This document shows, piece by piece, positions 12,301-18,607 of a DNA stretch of 34,990 nucleotides. The notes beneath the pieces are model-generated. The model was not told the origin of the DNA. It did no database searches and saw only the letters and a list, made by a program, of their open reading frames with translations. The position numbers and the translations under genes are program-made. Every line of letters starts with the position of its first letter. Position 1 is the stretch's first letter. Source of the DNA: Acidobacteriota bacterium (GTDB lineage: Bacteria > Acidobacteriota > Vicinamibacteria > Vicinamibacterales > UBA8438); contig JAYZGM010000321.1 of the NCBI GenBank assembly GCA_036336225.1, forward strand, positions 1 through 34,990, read 5' to 3'.

Positions 12301-12852
12301 CTCAACGTCGATTTGAAGATCGACCCCGGCTATGTCCCAGACACCAACCAACGACTGACGGTATATCGTCGGGTCGCTTCCGCTCGCGACGAGACGGAGT
12401 TGACGAACCTGTTGGATGAGCTGTGCGACCGCTATGGTCCGATTCCACCGCCGGTGGCCTCCTTGGTTGAATACGGTCGGATCCGCCTGTTGGCCGACCA
12501 GCTTGGGATCGAGTCCATCGACCAACAAGATCATCTTGTTGTCTTAAAGTTCAAGACCACGACCGCGGTCGACCCCGCGCGGTTGATCCGGTTTGTCGAG
12601 CGTCGCCCCCACGTTGAGCTGAGACCACCGGCCCTGCTAACGGTTGATCTGCGGCCCAGCCCCACGGCGAAGGGGTCGACATCAACCCGGTCGTGGTGGA
12701 CCGCGCGGGCACGAAGTGGCGACGTCGAGGTCGGGTTTTCACGGGTCGAGTTTCAGCGGGCCGCCCGCGAGCAGCAAGGTCCGACGGACCTCTTCGACCA
12801 GGTCGGCAACCTGTTGGTGGAGTTACGCGGGCTCGAGACGATAGAATCGTGA
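9370..12852 (+). CDS. mfd: Transcription-repair coupling factor Mfd
   Basis: 1160 aa. It has a CarD-like region (GDRVVHVDHGVGVF), superfamily-2 helicase motifs (GDVGYGKTEVA, DEEQRFGV, TATPIPRTL, QLYQLRGRVGRS) and a TRCF C-terminal domain. Confidence 0.96.
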   Translation: MSSPSLTLQATLKSAATRAGLGGVSRPVAGLSAAAKGLAVAVAATDTPVVVVVPTDGDVEQMVADTRFFLGSLTGATTHELRHQVVPFPSHEVDPYRGLTPHFDVVAARGRALHGLAARTARVVVAAATALLPRLSAPDRLLVAGARLMTGALLDPPDLGDLLADAGFTPEDPVDAHGEFCVRGGVVDFFPAGDEQPIRAEFAGDSLESLRCFDPATQRSTKTLDQTEILPLRELFDTQSNDESEGAFDRSVWFANYTARVPGLRLYLSESETSRAGIEARLEQAAASFGDAEERGDLVLPPDQLLVDRATLETWLGSAIRLEQLWEDQETAGDATHVGCQPAVEFHGRLGDWASEIARCRDRGDTTLLVAGTPGRVERVIELLAEYDLTARSIDQADELRGAALLVATGQLTRGFRLPDGGLQIFAEPDVFDEERRVRERRSGQTRSFLSDFRDLKAGDRVVHVDHGVGVFVGLKQIPVGLEQYEFMELRYAGQDKLFVPVQQIDLLQKYSGAPKATLDRLGGTAWAKTKTRVRRAMRDMAEELLKLYAVRKALPGHAFSSDAHWHREFDDAFEYELTADQQAAIADIRRDMEATSPMDRLLCGDVGYGKTEVAMRAAFKAVMDTKQVGFLAPTTVLAFQHFKTLTDRFAAFPVRIELVSRFRSRAEQKLTLTDLAAGKVDIIVGTHRLLSKDVQFRELGLLIVDEEQRFGVAHKERIKQMRRRVDVLTMTATPIPRTLNMSLVGIRDMSVIETPPKDRQAIQTNVVRFDQQVIARAIRTELERGGQVYFLHSRVSSIYAMGEFLTRLLPEARVGVAHGQMEEGALERCMVDFVKHKYDILLATTIIENGLDIPNANTLIVNHAERFGLAQLYQLRGRVGRSDRRAYAYLLVPPEGSLSPVARQRLAAIREFSDLGSGFRIAALDLEIRGAGNLLGGEQSGHIESIGFDMYVKLLEQTVRELKGEDVEETTRAAVNLNVDLKIDPGYVPDTNQRLTVYRRVASARDETELTNLLDELCDRYGPIPPPVASLVEYGRIRLLADQLGIESIDQQDHLVVLKFKTTTAVDPARLIRFVERRPHVELRPPALLTVDLRPSPTAKGSTSTRSWWTARARSGDVEVGFSRVEFQRAAREQQGPTDLFDQVGNLLVELRGLETIES

Positions 12853-12859
12853 GACAACC

Positions 12860-13936
12860 ATGCGACATCTAATTGTGTGTATCTCGTTCGGGTTCTGGCT
12901 ACTCGGGTCATCGACGGTAGCCTACTCGCAGACACTCACTTCCGGTTCCCCTGGTGCCCTGATGCTCCAGCGGATTCTCGTGAAGATCAACGGCGATCTG
13001 ATTACCCAGACCGATCTGGAGCAAGCACAGATCAACGCCATCCGAAACCGGCCAATTCCCCCGCAGTCGGACGCCGAGCTCGAGCTCGCCCTTCAGGAGA
13101 TCACACCGGAGGTTCTCGCGAACTCGGTTGATCAGTTGTTGCTTGTTCAGCGTGGTCGCGACATGGGTTACTCGTTGAGTGACGAGCAGTTCGACGAGAT
13201 CATCGAGGGCATCAAGCAAGAAAACGAAATGGACGACGAGCAGCTGCTCCAGGCCCTAGAAGAACAGCAGGGGATAACTCTGGCGGAGCTGCGGGGGGTC
13301 ATGGAAGAACAGATGCTGGTGGGGCAGGTACAACAAGACCAGGTGTTGCGTCGGGTCAAGATGACCGACACCGAAGCCCGCGAGTACTACAGTACGCATC
13401 CGGAGGAATTTACCGAGCCGGCCACAGTCATGTTGCGTGAGATTCTGATTAGCGCCCCCGTCGGAGCCGGAGCGCTCAACGTGGCCCGTGAGAATCAGGC
13501 CCGGGTCAAGGCTGAAACGGCGTTGGCACGTGTGCGTGGTGGTGAGGACTTCGAGGCTGTCGTGGCGGAGGCGTCCGATGCCGCCACAAAAGCCAACGGT
13601 GGGTTGATTGGGCCGATCGCGCTTGGTGATCTGGCGGCCACAGTACGCGCGCGTCTCGAAGTCCTCGTGGTTGGAGATGTGGCCGACATCGAGCGCACCC
13701 CCGCTGGCTATCAGATCCTCAAGCTGGAGTCGTCGACCGCCGCCGCGCCCGCCCCTTTTGACGAAGTCCGCGCGAGCATCATCGACAACGTGTTCAATGA
13801 GCGACGTCTCGAGGCGCTCAACACGTATCTGAGCACACTGCGGACCGAAGCGATCATCGAGTGGAAGGACGAAGGGCTCAAGACGCTGTACGATGCATAT
13901 ATTGCCAACCGGACGAGTCCTCCGCTCAGCTTCTGA
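12860..13936 (+). CDS. SurA-like periplasmic chaperone / parvulin-type peptidyl-prolyl isomerase
   Basis: Signal peptide (ISFGFWLLGSSTVAYSQ), a SurA-N-like region (ILVKINGDLITQTDL) and a parvulin-like block (VMLREILIS...GGLIGPIALGDL...GYQILKLES). Confidence 0.8.
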   Translation: MRHLIVCISFGFWLLGSSTVAYSQTLTSGSPGALMLQRILVKINGDLITQTDLEQAQINAIRNRPIPPQSDAELELALQEITPEVLANSVDQLLLVQRGRDMGYSLSDEQFDEIIEGIKQENEMDDEQLLQALEEQQGITLAELRGVMEEQMLVGQVQQDQVLRRVKMTDTEAREYYSTHPEEFTEPATVMLREILISAPVGAGALNVARENQARVKAETALARVRGGEDFEAVVAEASDAATKANGGLIGPIALGDLAATVRARLEVLVVGDVADIERTPAGYQILKLESSTAAAPAPFDEVRASIIDNVFNERRLEALNTYLSTLRTEAIIEWKDEGLKTLYDAYIANRTSPPLSF

Positions 13937-13983
13937 TTACAGCCCCTTGTCTTCTTGGTTCGTTTCCTTCTTTGGTGGCCGAC

Positions 13984-14523
13984 GTGTCAACTCGACCAAC
14001 AACAACCGACGGGCACGACCCGGAGGATCCGGTCGAATCGTGGTTCGCGGTCTGGACTCGTTCGCGTCATGAGCGGGTTGTCCGGCAACAGCTCGAAGAC
14101 AAGGTCGTCGAGACGTTTCTGCCGACGATCACCAGATGGAGCCGGTGGAAGGACCGCCGCAAGAAAGTCGATTGGCCGTTGTTCCCCGGGTATTGCTTTG
14201 CGCGGTTCCGTGACGATCGACGACTGACCGTCCTCAAGTGCACTGGTGTCGTCAGTATCGTGTCGTTCAACGGTGAACCTGCCCCGATCGGGCTCGATGA
14301 GATCGACGGTATTCGACGTCTGGTCGACACGGACCTGCAGTACGACCCGTGTCCCTTGATCCGCGAGGGCATGATGGTGGAGGTTGTGCATGGGCCACTC
14401 AAGGGGGTTGTGGGGCGACTCGTGCGCAAAGGCTCTCACGCGCGTCTGGTGCTGTCGGTCGACCTGATTGGCCAAGCCGTCTCGGTCGAGGTCCATGTCG
14501 CAGATGTGAAGGCCTACAAGTGA
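13984..14523 (+). CDS. Specialised NusG paralog (UpxY/RfaH-like transcription antiterminator), NGN + KOW
   Basis: NGN-like WFAVWTRSRHERVVRQQLEDKVVETFLP...WPLFPGYCFARF and KOW-like EGMMVEVVHGPLKGVVGRLV. GTG 13984 follows GGTGG (13974-13978) by 5 nt. GTG 13975 and the ORF-track start at 13861 (which overlaps the upstream gene) are alternatives. Confidence 0.78.
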   Translation: MSTRPTTTDGHDPEDPVESWFAVWTRSRHERVVRQQLEDKVVETFLPTITRWSRWKDRRKKVDWPLFPGYCFARFRDDRRLTVLKCTGVVSIVSFNGEPAPIGLDEIDGIRRLVDTDLQYDPCPLIREGMMVEVVHGPLKGVVGRLVRKGSHARLVLSVDLIGQAVSVEVHVADVKAYK

Positions 14524-14689
14524 CGCTTTGCCTCGAACCGCGCGCCGGGCTCACGCCCATCCGCCGCGTTGCCTGTTCTCGAAATACGGCCCGCATTCCT
14601 CGTCGCGGCGCCTGGCGTCTGGACGCGGTGCGGACCCCACGATGTGACCTGATCTGGACGGTATCGCAATAATGGACGGTGGAGCACGG

Positions 14690-15802
14690 GTGAAGATTGG
14701 GTCGGTGACGCTCGCTTCGCCGTTTGCGCTGGCTCCCATGGCCGGCATGACCGACACGGCGTTCAGACGCTTGGTCAAACAGCGCGGCGGGTGCGGCTTG
14801 GTCGTGACCGAGATGGTGAGCTCGGAGGGATTGGTACGCGGTATCGGTCGTACACTTGAATACGCCGAATACACCGAAGAGGAGCGCCCGGTCTCGATTC
14901 AGATCTTTGGCGGCGATCCCCACAAAATGGCCGCGGCGGCCCAGATCGTCGAGGAAATGGGGGCCGACATCGTTGACGTCAACATGGGGTGTCCGGTGCC
15001 CAAGATCGCCAAGCATCGGGCAGGCTGTAGCTTGATGCGCACCCCGGAGCACGCGGCGTCAGTCATTGGGGCCATGGCCAAGGCAGTGTCGATACCGGTG
15101 ACGGTCAAGATGCGTTCGGGGTGGGACGAGACCCGCATCAATGCCCCAGAGCTCGCCATGATGGTTGAGGATGTGGGGGCCGCGGCGGTGGCCGTTCACG
15201 GTCGCACCGCCGCCCAGGCCGACACCGGACAGTCGGACTGGACGCTTATTGACAAAGTGGCGGAAAGAGTGTCGATACCGGTGTTTGGCAGTGGCGATTG
15301 CGTCGTGCCATCGGACCTCGTGGGAAAGATCCAAGAGACGGCGGTCGCCGGTGTGCTGGTCGGACGGGGGGCCTTACGCAACCCTTGGATTTTCGAACAA
15401 GCGCAGAGGTTGTGGAGTGGGGACGTCACCCGGGACGTGCCGCTCGCCGAGCGGGGGCAGTTTCTGCTGGCCTATATCGACCTGCTACTGAGCGAGGCTG
15501 TGGGACAAGAAGCTGAGGGGTTTCGACATACGGCTGGGTTCGAGCAGACGGTCGGTCCCAAGCGACGTAGCCCCGCGAGCCGCGAGCGGTGGATCATTAA
15601 CAAGCTCCGAGCGCTCGGTTCCTGGTATACGAGGGGATGCGAGAACGGCTCGAAGCTCAGAATTGCCATCAACCGTGCCGCCTCTCTCGAAGAGCTTCGT
15701 GGCCTCATCTGTGAGTTCTTTGCTGGTTCTGCCAGAATCAAGCCGTTTGACGGCGAGTCGGCGGCTCATGAGGCTCTTCAGGCGGTCGCCAACCGCAGAT
15801 AG
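14690..15802 (+). CDS. dus: tRNA-dihydrouridine synthase (Dus family)
   Basis: LAPMAGMTDTAFRRL, DVNMGCP (catalytic Cys region) and VHGRTAAQ. I prefer GTG 14690 (GGTGGAG 5 nt upstream); ATG 14672 is the alternative. Confidence 0.9.
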   Translation: MKIGSVTLASPFALAPMAGMTDTAFRRLVKQRGGCGLVVTEMVSSEGLVRGIGRTLEYAEYTEEERPVSIQIFGGDPHKMAAAAQIVEEMGADIVDVNMGCPVPKIAKHRAGCSLMRTPEHAASVIGAMAKAVSIPVTVKMRSGWDETRINAPELAMMVEDVGAAAVAVHGRTAAQADTGQSDWTLIDKVAERVSIPVFGSGDCVVPSDLVGKIQETAVAGVLVGRGALRNPWIFEQAQRLWSGDVTRDVPLAERGQFLLAYIDLLLSEAVGQEAEGFRHTAGFEQTVGPKRRSPASRERWIINKLRALGSWYTRGCENGSKLRIAINRAASLEELRGLICEFFAGSARIKPFDGESAAHEALQAVANRR

Positions 15803-15815
15803 TTCCCGACACCGT

Positions 15816-16181
15816 ATGCCCAGACTCATCGAACGACCCACTGTTATTCAGGCCGCCGGCAATCTTCCCAAACGCATCGAAGAGTACGCCGGACGCGTCA
15901 ACAGCGGTGACAAACAGGTGAGCGTGGCGAGAATGGTGTCTCCAGAGGGGTGGGTGGAACCTGGTCAGCGCCCTGATTTTCAGGAGATCACGGTCGTGCT
16001 GCACGGCCTGGTTCGTGTTGAGCACGAGGGTGGAACCCTGGATGTTCAGGCCGGTCAGGCGGTTGTAACTGCCGCTGGCGAATGGGTTCGCTATTCCAGT
16101 CCGGAGCCGGGTGGCGCTGAATACGTCGCTGTGTGTCTGCCCGCGTTCGCGCCCGACACGGTCCATCGCGACCCGTCCTAG
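15816..16181 (+). CDS. Small cupin-domain protein
   Basis: ATG 15816 is the first start after the dus stop in the 15663..16181 ORF frame. The roughly 121-aa product has cupin-like strands (ITVVLHGLVRVEHEGG...AGEWVRYS). Confidence 0.6.
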   Translation: MPRLIERPTVIQAAGNLPKRIEEYAGRVNSGDKQVSVARMVSPEGWVEPGQRPDFQEITVVLHGLVRVEHEGGTLDVQAGQAVVTAAGEWVRYSSPEPGGAEYVAVCLPAFAPDTVHRDPS

Positions 16182-16208
16182 ACTAGTGTCCCGTAGACTA
16201 GTGTCCCG
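16179..16208. repeat. Exact 15-bp tandem duplication (TAGACTAGTGTCCCG x2) spanning both convergent stop codons
   Basis: Read directly from the sequence. Copy 1 is 16179-16193 and contains the cupin TAG. Copy 2 is 16194-16208 and contains the reverse-strand stop (CTA 16198-16200) of the NtrC-like gene. Confidence 0.9.
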
Positions 16209-17619
16209 TCTTCGAGTCGAAGAGCCGTCTCACTTTCTCCACCAGAGTGGTCCGTTTGAGACCGAGGCGCTGGGCGGCCTGTTGTTTGTTGCCCCCGGTT
16301 TCGTCGAGCGCCCGTTCGATTAAGTGACGTTCGAGGCTCGCGATATATGCGGGCATATCAAACCCCTCCAGCGGGGCGGGCATCGAGACCAGCGGGGCTG
16401 ACGGGAGCGATGCGTGGAGCTCCGGCGGGAGGTCCCGGACATCAATCTGGGGACGGTCCTGGTTCAACGCGAGCGCCCGCTCAATCGCGTTCTCGAGCTG
16501 CCGGATGTTGCCTGGCCAGTCGAAGGCCATCATATGTCGCAGTGCTTCCTGGGTGACCGCCACCTGGCGGGGCGGTGTCCGTTCACGCACGAATTGCTCG
16601 ACAAAGTGGCGGACCAGCAAGGGAATGTCCTCGCGTCGTTCTCGCAATGGTGGCAAGAAGATGGGAATGACATTGAGACGATAGTACAGGTCCTCGCGAA
16701 ACAACCCGTCTGCCACCAATTGCGACAGGTCGGCGTTGGTGGCGGCGATGATCCGCACGTCGATCTTAATCGTCTGGGTGTCCCCCACGCGTTCGAGTTC
16801 GCGTTCTTGCAGCACACGGAGCAGCCTGGCCTGGAGACCGCTGCTCATGGTGCCGACTTCGTCGAGAAAGAGGGTGCCCTTATGTGCGGCCTCGAGACGT
16901 CCCTGCCTTGTCGCGATGGCGCCGGTGTACGCCCCGCGGACATGACCGAACAGCTCCGACTCAAGAAGCGTGTCAGGCACCGCACTGCAATTGAGCGCCA
17001 CGAATCGATGACCGCGCCGAGGGCTGTTGTGGTGAATTGCCTTCGCCGCCAGCTCCTTTCCCGTTCCGGTTTCTCCCGTGACGAGCACGGTGCTCGTGCT
17101 CACAGCCACAGTTTCGAGCAGGTCGAACAGTTCTCGCATGCACGCGCTTCGACCCACCAACCCCTCAAATCGGTGTCGTTCCTCGAGCTGTGATCTGAGA
17201 TACGCGTTCTCAGAGCGCAAACGCCGTTGCTCAAGCGCCGACTCCACCACATGCAGAAGTTGATCGAGCTGGAACGGCTTGGTGATGAATTCCGCCGCCC
17301 CACGCTTGATCGCCTTGACGGCGTCCTTCACCGTACCAAAACCGGTGACCACGATGCAGACGATGTCCGGATAGCGTTCCATGGCGGCCGCGAGGACCTC
17401 GGTCCCGTCAATCCCGGGAAGCCGGAGATCGGTGAGAACCACATCGAAGGCGAACTCGGCCAGTCGCTCGAGCGCGGCCTCCCCGCTGCCGACCTGGACC
17501 ACCCGATAACCGGCCTCGCCTAGCCGTTCGGCCGTCGCCTCCCGGAGCGGGGCCTCATCTTCAACGAGAAGTACGTGCGTGTCGTGTTCAGGCGGTGATT
17601 CAGGTCTGGGCGGTTTCAC
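16198..17619 (-). CDS. Sigma-54-dependent response regulator (NtrC family enhancer-binding protein): REC + AAA+ + Fis-type HTH
   Basis: Receiver (VLLVEDE...VLTDLRLPG...KPF). The AAA+ core has Walker A GETGTGKE, Walker B LFLDEVG and a sigma-54 contact loop that reads GAYTGA instead of GAFTGA. C-terminal HTH GGNKQQAAQRLGLKRTTL. GTG start has AGGAG 6 nt upstream. Confidence 0.93.
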   Translation of the reverse strand: MKPPRPESPPEHDTHVLLVEDEAPLREATAERLGEAGYRVVQVGSGEAALERLAEFAFDVVLTDLRLPGIDGTEVLAAAMERYPDIVCIVVTGFGTVKDAVKAIKRGAAEFITKPFQLDQLLHVVESALEQRRLRSENAYLRSQLEERHRFEGLVGRSACMRELFDLLETVAVSTSTVLVTGETGTGKELAAKAIHHNSPRRGHRFVALNCSAVPDTLLESELFGHVRGAYTGAIATRQGRLEAAHKGTLFLDEVGTMSSGLQARLLRVLQERELERVGDTQTIKIDVRIIAATNADLSQLVADGLFREDLYYRLNVIPIFLPPLRERREDIPLLVRHFVEQFVRERTPPRQVAVTQEALRHMMAFDWPGNIRQLENAIERALALNQDRPQIDVRDLPPELHASLPSAPLVSMPAPLEGFDMPAYIASLERHLIERALDETGGNKQQAAQRLGLKRTTLVEKVRRLFDSKTGH

Positions 17620-17629
17620 CGCTGACTCC

Positions 17630-17657
17630 TAATGATGGAGGAACCGAGTGCCGATAC
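17630..17657 (+). promoter_or_regulatory. Weak sigma-28 (FliA)-like promoter match TAAT-N16-GCCGATAC
   Basis: Compared with the enterobacterial consensus TAAA-N15-GCCGATAA. It lies in the 104-bp divergent region between the EBP gene and the HTH gene and points toward the HTH gene. The spacing is one nt longer than consensus. Confidence 0.2.
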
Positions 17658-17723
17658 CACTTTCGAGCCCGCCGCGGAATGACGAACGGATTCGAGAGCT
17701 GGGCGGACGAATTGCGAGCGCCA

Positions 17724-17930
17724 GTGATGATAGTTGATAGGAAAACCATCTCGATCATGAAGGCCTGTGAGCTGGTCGGTGTGAGCCGACGCACGATCTA
17801 CAACTGGATCTCGAGTGGTAAGGTCGAGTACGTCCGAACGGCCGGAGGCTCGGTCCGTATCTTTGTCGACACCCTGTGGCGGGACCCGGGCGCGACATTG
17901 AGTCGTATCGACCTGGCCCACACGGATTGA
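17724..17930 (+). CDS. Small excisionase/MerR-type helix-turn-helix DNA-binding protein
   Basis: About 68 aa. MKACELVGVSRRTIYNWISSGKVEYVRTAGGSVRIF resembles the excisionase-family HTH (HTH_17-like). The start is GTG 17724 or ATG 17727, with no clear SD. The longer ORF-track start (17595) would overlap the divergent EBP gene. Confidence 0.65.
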   Translation: MMIVDRKTISIMKACELVGVSRRTIYNWISSGKVEYVRTAGGSVRIFVDTLWRDPGATLSRIDLAHTD

Positions 17931-17995
17931 GCCGCCAGTGTAGCCCGATGCGAAGCCAGATCCCTTTTCCGCACCTCCAGACGGATAGGTTCCAG

Positions 17996-18190
17996 ATGGA
18001 CCAGCCGACCGATCTCGGCACCCTTTTCCATCGGTTGAACAACCAGCTCGGTGTCATCCTCGCCAACGCCGAACTCCTAGAGGCCCGGCTTACTGATGAA
18101 ACCAGCAACGCACGGGCGTCGCAAATCGTGACGAGCGCCGTGGAAGCTATCAGCGCCGCTCGTCACATTCGTGAACGCTGTCGCGAATAG
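17996..18190 (+). CDS. 64-aa DHp-only (HisKA-like H-box) mini-protein; no ATPase domain
   Basis: ATG 17996 lies within ORF 17876..18190. Helix 1, LFHRLNNQLGVILANAELL, resembles a kinase H-box (compare AHELNNPLATILTWSERL in the neighbouring kinase). A short loop and a second helix, ASQIVTSAVEAISAARHIRE, follow, then a stop and non-coding AT-rich DNA. Confidence 0.55.
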   Translation: MDQPTDLGTLFHRLNNQLGVILANAELLEARLTDETSNARASQIVTSAVEAISAARHIRERCRE

Positions 18191-18284
18191 CAACCGTCTC
18201 CCTCCTGCTGTCGGTACGACTTTCCTCACAGATCGCCGGCTCAAGTCCCGATCGGCGCTGCCCTCAAGCCTTGCGACCCATTGT

Positions 18285-18372
18285 TTGATGACAATTTCGT
18301 CAATTTTAAACCTGGGCGGCACCCATGCACAGAGCGTCAACAGGTTGGCGTAGTGGCGAGGTTGAGCGTCAA
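18285..18372. promoter_or_regulatory. Candidate upstream activator sites: repeated TTGAYGA/TTGACGC half-sites
   Basis: There is an imperfect palindrome TTGATGA-caatt-TCGTCAA at 18285-18303, and GAGCGTCAA occurs at 18332-18340 and 18364-18372. These lie 145-230 bp upstream of the sigma-54 promoter, the usual distance range for EBP binding sites. Confidence 0.25.
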
Positions 18373-18516
18373 TATAATGACTAAAGGCAGTGGAGTCATC
18401 CTGGCGTCGTCACGAGATACAGACCACGTTATCACAGCATAAGCACCAGTTAATACAATAGCTTACATATATTTCACTGAAATCAAATTGGGCCTGGTAG
18501 TGACTCTATCTAAACT

Positions 18517-18532
18517 TGGCACATTAATTGCT
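18517..18532 (+). promoter_or_regulatory. Sigma-54 (-24/-12) promoter TGGCAC-attaa-TTGCT
   Basis: Exact match to the TGGCAC-N5-TTGCW core with correct GG/GC spacing. It lies about 75 nt upstream of the sigma-factor start codon, inside an AT-rich intergenic island, with a sigma-54 activator gene 0.9 kb away. Confidence 0.65.
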
Positions 18533-18563
18533 ATAAGTCATCGTTAAGGACCACAGTGTGCGC

Positions 18564-18587
18564 CGGTCTGACGGGCTTGTCAGACCG
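18564..18587 (+). promoter_or_regulatory. Perfect 9-bp stem / 6-nt loop hairpin in the predicted 5' leader of the sigma-factor gene
   Basis: CGGTCTGAC (18564-18572), loop GGGCTT, GTCAGACCG (18579-18587). The hairpin ends 6 nt before SD GGAGG (18594-18598); the ATG is at 18608. Confidence 0.4.
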
Positions 18588-18607
18588 TGGTTCGGAGGCA
18601 TGTAACG

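Noticed and set aside
17724-17930. The excisionase-family HTH protein could mark a prophage or integrative element.
   Set aside because: There is no integrase, recombinase, att-like repeats, tRNA target or phage genes anywhere in the window. The gene sits in a regulatory cluster, so I treat it as a small transcription factor.
18600-18605. A minimal start-stop ORF (ATG TAA) lies between the SD and the sigma-factor ATG.
   Set aside because: The ATG is only 1 nt after GGAGG, too close for initiation. It is most likely coincidental.
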